Source: Podarcis vaucheri (lineage: Eukaryota). Taken from it: a stretch of 64,000 nt of DNA. Positions 12,904 to 26,779 of the stretch are shown one piece after another. The notes under the pieces were generated by a model. It was given only the letters and a program-made list of their open reading frames with translations, ran no database searches and was not told the DNA's origin. The DNA lies in the NCBI GenBank assembly GCA_965113315.1, contig OZ220374.1; one strand, 5' to 3'. Position 1 is the stretch's first letter. Every line of letters starts with the position of its first letter. Both the position numbers and the translations under genes were made by a program.

Positions 12904-13606
12904 GGATCTTGAATAGTGCGTGTCAGTCCTTGTAATTTATGACGAGGACCGTCCAGTGAAAAACACCGTTACTAATTATATCAAAAAAGNNNNNNNNNNN
13001 NNNNNNNNNNNNNNNNNNNNNNNNNNNNNNNNNNNNNNNNNNNNNNNNNNNNNNNNNNNNNNNNNNNNNNNNNNNNNNNNNNNNNNNNNNNNNNNNNNNN
13101 NNNNNNNNNNNNNNNNNTTTTTTTTCTGGGAGGGAAGGAAGTCGAGGGAAAACTTAAGAGAGGAGGTTGGAGGGGAGCAATGGGGGGGGGGCTTAGTCCT
13201 GCAGTCCATAGTGCACTTGGAAATTCTTCCCACTGACTCCCAGATAAAGTGTGTTCAGATCAGGAGTGGGACCAGAACTTCAGAGGGTGCTTGGTTTGGG
13301 TGTTTATGTTTGTGTAAAACTCACTCTAGTAACAACTTCCCCACGACCCTAAGCATACTGTCAGGAGGAAGTAAGTTATCATGAAGCCAAATGGTTTTGT
13401 TTTCTTTTACTTGCGAGTAGTAATATATTAAGGGTCGGGGTGCAGAAGGGAGCTGCCATCCTGTCTTCCCCAGATTAAATAAAATTCCTCAGACGAGGCT
13501 AAGGGGAGGCTGCTCAAATTCAGAGCCCGGGATATTATTTGAAGGAAGGGGAGAAGAGATAGATGCGGGTGGGGAGAGCGAGAGAGGAGAAGGAGCTACT
13601 TGTTGA

Positions 13607-14008
<402 letters not shown>

Positions 14009-15107
14009 GAGGAAAAGCCCCCGGCCCTGAAGCTGCTGCTGCTGCTGCTCCTTCTCCTTCTTCCTTCCCCGGAAGAAAACAAAACAAAAAAACCCGAGTA
14101 ACTGAGCAGTATTATAATTGAGCTGACCCTGCGTGGAATGTCAGTAGCCTCTTCCCGCTCCTGCTCTCCTTCTGCCCCTCGTTCTGTAGACCACATTGAC
14201 TTGCTCCAACTTCTCTGGGAGGCTGAAGATTCCCTCGCCCATCGTTTCATCCTGAGCCTGTTTTAATTGAGCCCCCCCACCCCGCCCCCGCCCGCGTCTC
14301 TCTCTTCCTCTCTCTCTCTCTCTAGCGCGTGTTACGTACGAGTAGATCTGCTTCCCGTGCATTTTATGTCTTGAATGGCTTTTGTCTTGAAGGGGGGGGC
14401 AATGTAGATGTTTTAACTTATTTATATGAAGCGAGTGGTGTTACTTGAAGTAACTGTAAAGTGGGAGGGGGGACCGAGGGGGGGGGAGACACCCTAGACA
14501 AACACAAAAGTAAAGGAGGACGATCTGTTCCCTCGTTCGCTTCCCCCTCAACTCCTTCCCTTCTGGCTCCCCTACAAGTCCTGTTTGACTCCCAATGTTC
14601 TCTCTCTGTGTGTGTTGCACTCGCTGTGCTTTGCTGTGCATGTGTGTTCAAAACGTGTCAGTGTCTGTATAGCTCCAAGCTGTGGCCGAGATTTCCGATC
14701 AGAAACGACCTATCTTATTTCCCTGTGTCCATTAATGGCTGTTGTAGAGGTGAATATGACGAAATACAAAAACGGAACGTGTCCTAACGTGTAGTGAATA
14801 GTGAATCTGTGGCGAAAACTGTGATTCCAGACAGTATGTCCTTTGCTTGTGCCTTTGTATATGACTCTCTTTGCACGAAGTCTTAGAAGTGGCTTTTTTA
14901 TTAAGCGCAGCTTCAGTAACGTATTTGCCACCCCCTCTTCTCTCTTATAGCTTCCTTCCTTTCTTTTGGTGAACAAAGTTACACATAGAGTCAAAGTCTG
15001 GCTGTTTGAGCAAACAATAATAATAATAATAATAGCAGCAACAACAACAATAATGTGATCGGCTTTTGAAAAGAAACTGTTTTTTTTTTTAATAACTGAC
15101 TGGAAAA

Positions 15108-15113
15108 AATAAA
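15108..15113 (+). terminator. Probable HOXA5 polyadenylation signal
   Basis: AATAAA about 1.1 kb after the stop, followed by U/GU-rich sequence. Confidence 0.6.
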
Positions 15114-16011
15114 CTTTCTATTGTAAGGGTTTCCCCCTTTTCTTTCTTCCCCATCGAACCCCCCGGTTTTGGTTTTGGTTTTTACTTCTGCGGGTAGTTT
15201 GGTTTCTACCCTAACGGAGGTGCCCTCAGCTTCATCACTCTAACTAGAGCAAAGTTGGAGAAGGACCCAAACCAAATTCAAAGTAAATGCAGACACGATT
15301 GCCCCAGATCCCTTGGAATTGTAAAGTTACTATTTGGATGGAGGGCTCACAATAACAGACCCTCAGCCAACTCCTTGTCTTGGAAGTGGGGTGGGAGGGA
15401 GAAGGAATGCCCCAAACTTCTGCTCTTTCTTGGCTGGGGAGGAAAAAAAAGAAGAAGAAGACTGCCCTTTCTTCAACAACATTATCATCTCCAGAACTTG
15501 CTTTATACTATCTCCATCGGTTCATCCTCATAAGTTAAAGAAAGCTAGACCTGGCAGAAAGGTGTTGCATCTGTGAGCACCAGTCCAACATGGGGAAAAA
15601 CGTATTTAAATAAACCAGATACACCCACCTTCTTATTCTGCACTCTTACAAAAAGGTATTGGGGAAGGGTTTTGTGGCTGTTGTTGAGCGGGTGGGGATA
15701 AATTCCACCCTTCGAAATAACATTTATTTATTTATTTTCGCTACAGCTACTCTTTTTTTTTTGCTAGGAAATGTAACGTTACTTACCCTCACCAGGGCTT
15801 GAATGGTTAACTCTCCCGAGCTTCTAAGCGCAACTAAAGCTTTGCACATTTACAGACGGCTTTACATTGATNNNNNNNNNNNNNNNNNNNNNNNNNNNNN
15901 NNNNNNNNNNNNNNNNNNNNNNNNNNNNNNNNNNNNNNNNNNNNNNNNNNNNNNNNNNNNNNNNNNNNNNNNNNNNNNNNNNNNNNNNNNNNNNNNNNNN
16001 NNNNNNNNNNN

Positions 16012-16248
16012 GCTATAAAAAGTCACGTGGTGCCATTAAAGTAAGTTTTATGGTTTTGGGGAGTTGTCATCCAACATTATATACCACATAACATATAATC
16101 ACACTGACGATGGACTTCATTTGACTCTTTTGCAGGCTACGTGCGCCTCCTGGCCATTCAAATTGTCAGGTTTAGGTACAGAAGTATCCATTAACCCAAG
16201 TTCTCAAATACTCTCTGAAAAAATGGCTCATTGCAAGTTAAGGTAAGT
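16012..16248 (+). promoter_or_regulatory. Conserved element downstream of HOXA5: probable alternative promoter and non-coding first exon
   Basis: TATAAAA, E-box GTCACGTGG and TTTTATGG Hox/Cdx motif immediately after an N-run; donor AAG|GTAAGT at 16242/16243. Confidence 0.55.
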
Positions 16249-18682
16249 TTCGTGCACAAGTTGCTTAAGTTTATTTGTACAGTGAAGAGCTCGCCTGTCG
16301 TTGCCTGGCTCCTTCTTAACGCTGCCCAGTAGATTCGGAAGGGAAGAAATAATATTTGGAAAGGCGCAGGTTACAGTGGGTAGGGGGCCCTTGTCCCTCC
16401 TCCCCATTTTTATCTAACCTCTCCTTTTTAAAATTTTATCCTTCAAATCCAGGCAAACCACAATAAGCGACTTTGGCAGAGATGGATTTTGAGGCCTAAC
16501 TTTAATTACTTTGACTACGGCAAATGATAATGACTTCCTTTGCTTTTCCGTGCCCAGTGATTTTGTTTATTGAGGGGGCAGAGAGTCCGCAGGCGATTTT
16601 TTTTTAAATATTTTAATGAAAGGAACATAGATCTGGCTATGTCTGTAGACTGGTCATCCCTGTCTTTGCGGAGCGGGATGTGTGTGGAATTGACGCAGTC
16701 GTAGGTTTTCCAAGATAAGTTTTCCAACTTATCGTCTCTAAAAGACAAGGAAGGTGCGCTCCAAGTCTGACTTTTTACGTGGTTAAGGTTCTTTGAGACT
16801 AATCTCTCCTCCATAATTACCCCTACGTACCTCCATCTCTCTCGTGTGTCCCTCTCTGTGTGTACATAGAGTGTATTTATACGCAATTTACACCCTTACC
16901 GTAGATTCCCCACAACCCCAGTGCCTTCATTTCCCGCTGGTTCCTTTATCCCTTCCCATGAAGGAACAAACTGACTGTAACTTTTACAGGAGATTCTACG
17001 TGCCATTGGAGTGCTTGGAATTATGAAGGACAATACGTATAGGTTTATAGGCGATAGTAAATAACCCCATTTATATAGATATCCGTGTATATATCTACAT
17101 ACACACATTACTGGCTGGGAATTGCAGGGTAGGCCCCAGCTGCCTGTTTATTTCAACATTCTTTTTTCCTATTTAAGTAGACTCTTCTCACTAGAGTGTG
17201 ATTACTCAGCAATAAACTTTATGACCGGATTCAACTTTAAGTCTTTGAATTTCCAGGGTTGAAAGAGAGCGCGAAAGAGCATCCCTTTTTCCACTGCCCT
17301 TCTTCTTTTTGTTTTGTTTTGTTATTTCCTTTTCTTTCTTCTCAGCTTCTTTGTACTGCCAGAGCCAAATCCTGGAAATCCTTGCTCACACGAGCAGCTT
17401 TTAAGTCTTATCAGTTGTATCTTTGGAGCGCCTTGTAGCTAAAAGCCATGCAGGTGACCAAGAATTGGCAAGATAGGACCCTACTCTTTTTGAAGAAGAA
17501 AGTAAGAGGGGCCCGTACAAATGGGCTCATACATTGAGGTGACCCCATGTGTGGTTTGAAACGATCTCACCCCAATTCCTGCCTTTAAAAAACAACAACA
17601 ACAGATTGTTATCAGCGTGTGGGGTTCTAGAATATGCTTTCCCACTCTTATATCGCTTTGGACATCAGAGGAAAAGACAGTGTTGTCAGAAAATATAATA
17701 GCGTAATATAACATAAGCGTGCCCTGTCCTAGTGGCTGTTTGGAAAGAGATATTCTGATGAAGGATCTTTTTTCTTGTGTATAGGTGGGTAATCTTAGAA
17801 GACTGAGAAACTTGCAGCAATAAGTGAATATATATTTTAAGACTTCAAATTTTTTTTTTATACATTTCCCTGAATACAGATGGATACGCTAGCAATGCAA
17901 TAAACTGGGTGGGGAGGAGCAGTTTTTAATTATACATTTAGTCCAAGCCTATGTGGCAGAATTAATCACACAAAACCGAATGCTAATAGTAGCTGGCATT
18001 TTCATGGTATTTACTTCCCTACACCTTAAATAGTTAGCAATGCGTATACACGTGTCTGGAACTATGACTAGATTTTTTTCAGTAGAAAAAATAAGGATTT
18101 AAATATAATGCATATCTGCTAAATAGAAACAGATGGCTGAATTACAAATCCATAATCCAGTTAAGGGAAGGACCTGATTTTACACTTTTTTTAAAAAAAA
18201 ACCATCCAATGGGACTATTGTTGGACTCCTAAAGTATTTACTGGGAAATTCGAGTCCAGGCTTTCAAGGGGATATTTCCCTAAGTGAAATATCACTGAAA
18301 TCCAGGTGCTAATCTACTTCAGTTTACATGAACTGAACTTTAGCTTCTGTTTCTTAGTGAAAAACAAGGTACAGTTTAAGCTCATTCGGGGCTGGATGTG
18401 ATCTCACTGTCTTGGATGAGACCATCTGAAGGTTGTGGTCATTCTGCTCCATACCTAGGCAGAAGAAAATCGTACTGAAGTCTGTTGGATTTAAGAATTC
18501 AGGAATGGAGTAGGGAAATCCTGATGCCGTCTGATTTTATAACTGGGGGAAAACAATTCATTGAGCTGAATGCTTATTTAACTCTTACCGTGGCTATCTA
18601 GCGATCCAGCCTTCTGATTGCTAGTTGACTGAATGGATACTAGCCAGTGAAACACATACAGCTTTGTGAACAATGTCATTTA

Positions 18683-18755
18683 GGCTGCATTTCTATACTC
18701 ACTTCCCTGGGAGTGAATCCCATTGAACTCAACGAGACTTTCTTCTGAGTAGGCA
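18683..18755. mobile_element. Copy of the ~90-bp palindromic MITE-like family (right end degraded)
   Basis: TTA|GGCTGCATTTCTATACTCACTTCCCTGGGAGTGAATCCCATTGAACTCAACGAGACTTTCTTCTGAGTAGGCA. Confidence 0.6.
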
Positions 18756-19910
18756 AAATTCCTCACGCACAAAAAACAAAACAAAAAAAGCCAACCCCTA
18801 AACACAAGATGAATTCATTGAGCATGCGAATAACTATGGGAGTTGTCACTATTTAAAAATATTTCTAGTTTTCTGTCATGCCACCTTGAAACACTCTACC
18901 GAATAACCTAGGCAAAACACATCCACACGAAACTCCGGAATGTAAAGCCCATTTTAAAATAATATTGTATGTGTATTTAGTGCAAGTATATCTGATGGTG
19001 ATGACTGTCGTATCACTGTTACTTTCTTTCTCTGACAACTGTGTGGTTTATTTTACTTAAATTACTGCCAGCAATTCTGAACCTTAGAAGTACTTCGCTG
19101 GCCCAGATGTAAGCACCAGCGCCATTAAAGGTTAGACAAGGGTGTGTGTGTATATAGCAAGGGCGTCGGAAGACTTCACTTTCTTTAAAGCGTAAGATGG
19201 CTTTTCTAAGTCACATGATTCGATGGTTTGCGCGTGCCCCTCACTACAAAGCATCATGGGAAAATTATTAGTGGCGTTATCTTAACGAATTAATTTCCTT
19301 GTCTTCAAAAGAGTGAAATTGCAAGCGTTTTCTACCTTATCTGTCCAGCTTTCAACATTACATTCTAATATCGAAGACATAAGCACTTGGACGGCATCTT
19401 TCCTGTAATCCCTCTCTTTCTTCCCCTTTTTCATCTGATTTTCTGATCTGTATAATTCGGCCTTTGGGAGTTTTTTGTTCTTTCTATCCACTCTGATCAC
19501 ATAACCTCTATTTTTCGCAGGCTTTGTTTTCACGATTCTCCAAAATCCTAGTAGTTTCCCTGGCGGCTAGCGCTTCTCGGAAACAGCTCCTCCACAATCA
19601 CAGGGCCGTATGGTTTGCATATTGGACGCAAACAATGCACTGTGGTCTCAGAGAGAAAGACACCATGTTTTCCAAAGGGCGTCTCTTCCCAGGCAGCCTG
19701 TCCCCTTCTTTTCCTTCTCCACATAACCCTCTGAAATGGGCTTTTCAATAATAATATTTGTTATGAAGGTTATTGGGTAATTATTGCAGTTTTTGTGAAA
19801 CAGTCCTTGCTCGAGGTGAAGCCTGTCTCTGGATAATAAATGGCAGCCCTCGCAGTTCATTGCCAGGTTAAGTAAATGCAGAAACTAAGATAAATCTGCA
19901 CACTCCAGAA

Positions 19911-19928
19911 CTCGCCAGCAGAGCTCGC
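19911..19928 (+). promoter_or_regulatory. Possible CTCF-like site between HOXA5 and HOXA4
   Basis: CTCGCCAGCAGAGCTCGC within a conserved-looking block. Imperfect motif. Confidence 0.3.
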
Positions 19929-22878
19929 TTTAGACCAAGTTCACAGTCAACTTGCTTTCTCCGTGGGCAAGGCTTCTCGACTCCGTTGGATCAGGGTCTT
20001 TATTAAATAAATAAGATGGCACAATGGCCAGCCTGGATAAATTGCCCGGTCACTTCGCATCCAGAATTTACACATCTACCATTGGAAAGCACATCGCTCC
20101 TTTCAGTATAATCTAGTTAATCTCCCACGCTGGTGTCTGGGCATTGCGTTTGATTTTGGAATTCGGTTTCAGTGTTGAAAGCCGTTGAGGCTACTCTCTT
20201 TTTTTAAAAAAAACACCCAAACAAACAGCCATGCAGAAACTGCATTCCCTTAAAATCTTAGCGAAAAGGGAAACAGTCAAGGTTTGATGGCAACAAACAA
20301 GAGAGCTGGAGATTCTTTTACGGAGATAGGAGCTGCTCCGCTTTTGTATATCTCTGTGGTTAGGGCGTAACAACTCTAGGTCAAAAAGTTGAGGGTCAAA
20401 AGTTTACGTTGTGCGCCACTCTTAGTCATGCGCCCAGACAGAGTTTGATGTCAATGTTATAGCCAAGATCTTGACTATCAACACAAAAGATAAAATAGCT
20501 TTGAGTTAGGCGTGTATCATAGTATGGACTCCAGGTGAACTCTAGTGGTTGAATGACCTCAATTACCGAGGAAAGGATAGAAAATCCCTCTTTTCAAAGA
20601 GTAATGCACGTTGTATTTCATCTTGAATTATCAACCACATTTCCCCCATTGAATATCGTTGGCTGGCAGATGCATCAGGTGAATGCGGGCGCACATTCCC
20701 CCCCCCCAGGCAACTGCGCATACACGCACCACCACCAATGCATTTTAAAGTGCGAGTCCTATCAGAGTCCATCGGAAATTCCCATTGGATTTTAATAGTT
20801 CTGAATCGCAGAGAAGTGGACTCTTGTTCACACAAGCGTACGCCATAGTACAATTGTCTGGCTTTTAAGTGCCACAATACTCTGTTTTGTGTGTGTGTTG
20901 TTCGGCTTTGCTACAACAGACTAACACAGCTAGCCCTCTCAAAAAGGCTCAGTGAGGTGCCAGCTGAGTTCTTAACTTTCCAGTGGGTACCAGAAGACTG
21001 CCTGCTGGCTGATAGCAATATCTGAGGAAACGAGTAGACTGAGATGACCATCTCACTGCCGGATACCGCAGGAGTATAAAATACAAGCATGACAATACTG
21101 GAGAAGTTCAGATATCCTGTCTTTCTGAGTTAAGGAATGACCCTAAGCAAATTGCATGCCCCCCCCAATCCTTTAGGGTTATACGTTTAATAAGAAATAT
21201 ATAGCTTCACCCTTTTGGCCGCCTTATTTAGCCACAATGAAGCTTTATTTTTTCCTTCTTTTTTTCAAGGCGTGTTTGTATCTGAATAACTATTTATTTC
21301 AAATAAGGAAGTAGGGATTATTTATTTAGCCATGAGTAGGATTGCTTTCTGAGATGGATTTTCCGTTTTCACTGTGTCTCCAGGTGTTTTGTTTCTTTTG
21401 TGTATTTTTTTTTAATCCGAGAAGGTGCGTTTTTCAGTCCTAAGAAATTCAGAATATTTCACAGAGATCCAGTGAGTGGTTTATTACTAAGCAAATACAT
21501 AGGAGAGATTGCTCCTTTCAGAGGTGTCGAAACAGAGATAACGTGCAGGAGAAAGTAAGCAAGTTATTATTAGAAGGCTTTATCAATGCTTTGAAAATAC
21601 ACAAAGAACTACGGGAAACTCCCCGTTCGACAAGAAATAGTTTTAATTATAAGGCGAGGACATTGGGCTTCCAGGAAACATATTTGCAATGTATTTTGGT
21701 TTTTCATCAGCGACCTTCTCTTGAAAATTATCTTGCAACGTCCCCCGTCCCCCCGTGTCTCCTATATGTGCTTTTGCACTGAAATTACCACACCACTGTA
21801 AGGTGGAGGGGGATGCTATTCACAACACACTGTTAAAATACGCCTCTGCTATTTCGGTTTTGCCCTTGAAATACTGCATTGCCTATTTGGAAATTTAATT
21901 ATAGGAAGCATGAACATTGCAAGGCGGAATGTTTGCTTAAACGTCCCTTTTATATACAAAGGACCAAGGAGACTATTTCGAAGACAACACTTCTTTGACT
22001 CCGCCTGTCCTGAAAAACTTGACTAAAAAAAAACAGAGGGAGGAAAAAAAGAGAGAATAAGATCTCTGTGGAAAGCAGCAAAGCGAAACCTGGCTTTCTT
22101 TCCCAAGGACTCCTAGGGCCAATTTATTTTGCTTCCATTTAAGGTGGAATTTTGGGCGGGGGATGGGAGTAGGGACAAGTTTTTTCAAATACAGAATATT
22201 TCCAGAAGGGCTTCAAAGAGCATCTGGAAGAAGTATCGCCTTCTCAAATCGTTTTCTATTCATTCATTTTTTAAAAAGGTAAAAATAAAAACGACACAGT
22301 GGGCTTTTGTTGCTTTGATCGGAGCCATACCCATATAGTCGGAGCGTCCTACCTCTAGCGCAGCACAGACACTGGTACTTGGTGCGTAACGTGACCTTTG
22401 AAAAGATTAGCCTTCTCAGCCTCAAATGTAGATGCCAATCGCCCCATCTTCCCCTTCTTTAGAATTGTGCTTATTTACGGTCCTGGACGACCAGGACCTC
22501 AAAGTCCAGTTACCAAACACACACTCAGGTACACACACGAGTTAGATCCTTATAAATAAAATCACCAGTATTTCGGAATAGGGGGGAAGGAGAACATCCC
22601 AACCTCTTGTCCCAAGAATGAACTCCATAGGAACTCCATCACACCATCCAGTTCCCTGGTAGGACCTTTTGCTGATTCAGAGGAAGTTTAGGATAAACGC
22701 AGCCGCTGCGTTATCACAACGTTTACATGTTTTCTCGCACGGCCGCCTTAAGATTCCTTCCCCGTTTGCGAATAAGTGACCCTGCCCAGAGCCTCCTTCT
22801 GCCCCTTGCTATTTTTTTTAAAGACGCTCTTAAAGACCTCGGAAGGGGAAGAAAAAAAAAACCCTAAGTCCAAGGCCG

Positions 22879-22895
22879 AGGTGAACTTCAGGTCA
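22879..22895 (+). promoter_or_regulatory. DR5 retinoic acid response element (Hoxa4 5' RARE)
   Basis: AGGTGA acttc AGGTCA, about 3.9 kb upstream of the HOXA4 ATG; matches the known paralogue-group-4 5' RARE. Confidence 0.85.
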
Positions 22896-24676
22896 GCGCG
22901 TCTAACAAATATGAAAATGTCGCTTTGTGAAGGGCACGCCTTGTTATTTAACAAAGACTGTCAATGTGTAAGATTAATAAGAAACAAAATGCGCCCGGTG
23001 TCACTTTTCGGTCACTTTGAAACTTGGGGCAGGCTTGCATTCAAGAGTGAAAGCTGGGTTAAATATATTCAAAATGCCTCGAATCAAATTCAAGCCAGGC
23101 TGCCGGGTGTCGCTCTCCACCGCCAACCCGCCTCCCCCCCCCCCGCCCGCGTCTCTATTGCTCGCTCGCTCCCTCTCTCCCTCCCAGGCGCGTGGGCAAG
23201 TTGGAAAGTTTAATTGCATAGATTATCTATAAAAGCGCAACCTAAGATTGCGGTGCGCGCGCACACACACCTATATTTACACTCTGAACTTGCTAGTCGG
23301 GGTTGGCACACTCTCCGCTTATCCATTTACTTGGTTTGCTCCAGTTCTGAGACCGGCTCCTGTTTCTTGGGAACCTCGGAGTTATCTTGCCATCAACTTT
23401 CATTTCGGTCAATCTTCCACGTTCTTCACTGGTTAGCTGCTAAACTTCAGCCTCCCCTGATCTGCGATGATGATGAGGTCTCGGTGCTGAAATCCCCCTC
23501 ACTGAAATGTGTGTGGTTTTTTTAAAAAAAGATAGGCGATGCTCTGAAGCAGTTTCAGGAGGCCAGGGTTCAGGGTTCGGTGTAGGTTCGTTCCGGGATT
23601 TGCTCCGCGGAGCCATAAATCTCTGGAGGGAGCGGGAGGGGAGGCTGAACGTGGAAACCGCCGCATATGAGATAACAACTTGGTGGTCTTGGCTGGGCTC
23701 TTGTTTATGATATGTAAACCGCAAAGACGAGGAACAGGCCCATCTCTGCAGCCTGATAGAATCCCATGGAGGTGGGGGTGGAGGGGAGAGAAACCCTGGC
23801 TGCTCCCGCAGCTGAGCAGCTTAGGTCACCTTGGAGATTTACAGCCCCAGCTCTAGAATCGTATTCATTGCTTGTTGCAACTGAGCAAAGGAGACACCCA
23901 GTGGAAAGCTGACCAGGGGGAAACAGACCAGTCTCTGAGGTACAATCAGGAGAGCTAATATTAAACAGCCCCTGGGACGTTCTCCGAAGGTAATAATCAG
24001 CAGACAAAAAGAGAGAGAAGGTACCTGCTTTCCTTGTATTGTTGTGGTTTCTTTTCTTTTTTGTTTTGTTTTGGGGGGAAAACCTGCGGTTTTGACGCCT
24101 GGTGGTTTTCTGGTATTTACTATCGCCCTCAGATGCAAGGGCACCGCTTTATCTCAAGGGAAATTGATAGTGTTTATGTCAGAGGTGCATCTTGCAGTGT
24201 TTCTGTGCCAGAATCGCACCGTCCATTTCAGCGTGCGCGAGAAAAGGGGAGGGAAAAGCGAAACAAAACCCTGCGCCTTTGCTTTAGCCGTTTAACACCA
24301 ACCATGGGCTTAATTGTTGCTGTTTGTTAGTGGCAAAAGACCTCCCCAAAGGGGCAGCTTTGCATCCCGGTCTACTATTCCGTGAAACCATAAAAGGGGA
24401 CTGGAGCCGGTTGTCATTCCTACAAATGTCACAGGCGCGCAATCAGCGTTAAAAAGCCAAGTGTTGGATCCTGCTATTTGACTTCCGCATTGTCTGCGAG
24501 TGTTTTACGGCCTGGTACTCGCCAGTGGCGTCTATTTGCTTCCACAGTGTATGGTGCATTCGAGAAAGCTTTGCATACATAGAATATCCACTGGAGATGT
24601 ACAAGGTGGGGTGGGGCGGGAGGGCTCTTGCCATTTCCAGGACGGAGGTATTTCCGATAGTATCTGGAAACCAGCA

Positions 24677-24677
<1 letters not shown>

Positions 24678-24758
<81 letters not shown>
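24678..24758. repeat. Compound (ATT)12(GTT)15 microsatellite
   Basis: Directly visible. Confidence 0.95.
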
Positions 24759-26779
24759 ATCGTGGAACGAGGTTTCAGCAGTTTAAGGGAGACGCACAGA
24801 GAAGAGGAAGGGAAATTCAACGAGAGCATAAAAACGGGACCTATTGAGCGCACTGACACACATTTATACACAAAGAATTGTAGCTGGTTAATCTAGATGC
24901 AATCGTCATCCACATGAGCGCTATGAGCGGTTGATACATCAGTCCACACTTCGAGTGAAATAATCACGATGAGAATGAACACTCCTATTATATGGATCCT
25001 TTTCTTAAAACTAAACTGGTTCTTTGGGAACAGGGCAGAGCACCATTTTATCAAGTTCCAAATTCTTATTTTTTAAAACTAATATTAATATTATATTAAA
25101 TGGGTGTGTCCCTAAAGACTCAAATATTAAAAAGGAAGGTGGGTCACTAGACCTACCAAGCGGTTGAATTAATACATACTATAATAAAGGCTAGTTTAAC
25201 GTCCAGATTTCAATTACCCCATAGGTCAGGCCATCGCCTCCTTTTCCTCCCTGTCTCGCAAACGGATCAATTTCCAGCAATCGTAACGCAAGTCGAAGAG
25301 ACTATTCACGACGCTCAACTGCAATGTTTACGGTACTTGTGAAAGATAACGGTGCATTCTGTTTTAAATAACCAATTCCTCTCCCTTTCTCGCTTTCTCA
25401 AAGGGAAATACTGTTTCCTGGGCACTAGATATCTTTATTTATTTATTTAGGCACGTGAATGGGCTTAATTCTTGATCTTAACTGCCTCTCTAGTCTGCTG
25501 GAGGTTTTGATTAAAATCTATTCACCTTAAAAAAAAAGTATTTTTATATTGGCCTCTCTATTTAATGATATGCCCCCGCAGCTCCAAATTTGCCACGGGG
25601 TGGAAGATTTTAAAAATAATTAAATTATCGTAAAAGAGCAACATTTAAAAGCCCCCGGGATGTATCAGAGAGAAACAAATAGCTAGTTGCAATTAGGTGG
25701 TCTCTGTTTTCATAGGATCGACTGGTCTCATTGATTGCACTGCTACCGTCCAATCACTCATTGATGCCCCCGAAATCACGCAATCTCGGGTGCCCTTTTA
25801 TGTCTCGGGAGGACACTGCGTTTCCTTTGCTTTCAATGACTTGGTAAGGGCTGGAGATACAGAGAGCGAAACCGTACGCTGCGTTTGATGTTCGGTTTCA
25901 GATACATATACAATGCTTTGCTCACACTGTTGCTACTCACGGCCTGATGCTTGTGGTCAGAAATAGCACACATGCGCAAACTCCCAGCTTGCGTTCAGGA
26001 GGATATATTATTCCGGAATAAGGACTACCCTTGGTTCCCTCATCATGATAGCGCACAAGGACGTCTTCTGCGACACACACTTTTGGGCTGCCCCGGATCA
26101 CTCCCTAAACCACCCTGACCCTAAGTAGCACATAGCTGTTTTAAGGGGTAACGACCGTGCGTGGTTAGTCTTAGGTGACCTAGCATGTCAAGCAAGGATC
26201 CCTCGCTGCTTTCACTGGGGAAACTCGCTCAAAGCAGCAGCCCCCTCGCCCACAGCTGCATGGCCCGGAGGCTTTCCTCTCGGCCTAATTCTCTAGTTAG
26301 GCCGCTTGCGCCGACTTCGGTTCTGACCGCCGCTGTCTGGAGCGCGCAGAAAGGAATCTCCAGCTTCTCCTTGCCTCTGCCGCGAGAAAGGCAAGACAGG
26401 CAGGCAGGGGCCGTCCTGGGCTTGTCCACCAGCGTTTCATTTCCTGATCCGGGCTCTGCCAACCGCGTAGCAATTGGCCCTGCCGGTCAGGTGGTGGGGG
26501 TGGCTCTGGTTTGTGTGTGTGTGTGTTTGCGCGCGCGTGTGTTCCAGGCTCTTGGGGTGGGAACTGGAAAGGAAGGGGGGAGCGGAGGCCCAAACTTTGG
26601 CAGCAGGCGCTTGACAACAGCAGCAAGGGGGGGTTGGAGGAGGAGGAGGAGGGAGGGAGGGAAGGAAGGAAAGAGGGAGGGAGGGAAGGAAGGAAGAAGG
26701 GGGAGGAGGGGAGGGGCCTCCTCGAGCCCAGAAAAACGACAACGCGAGAAAAATTAGTATTTTTGCACTTCACAAATTA

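Noticed and set aside
24449-24896. ORFs with poly-T/I, poly-Y/C and poly-I/V
   Set aside because: Translations of the (ATT)n(GTT)n microsatellite.
26185-26757. 190-aa ATG-initiated ORF upstream of HOXA4
   Set aside because: Spans promoter GT and GGA repeats and has no recognisable protein features; probably chance in GC-rich DNA.
14009-26779. miR-10 hairpin between group 5 and group 4 genes
   Set aside because: No TACCCTGTAGA-like mature sequence found by eye. This agrees with the amniote HoxA cluster lacking miR-10 and supports the HoxA assignment.
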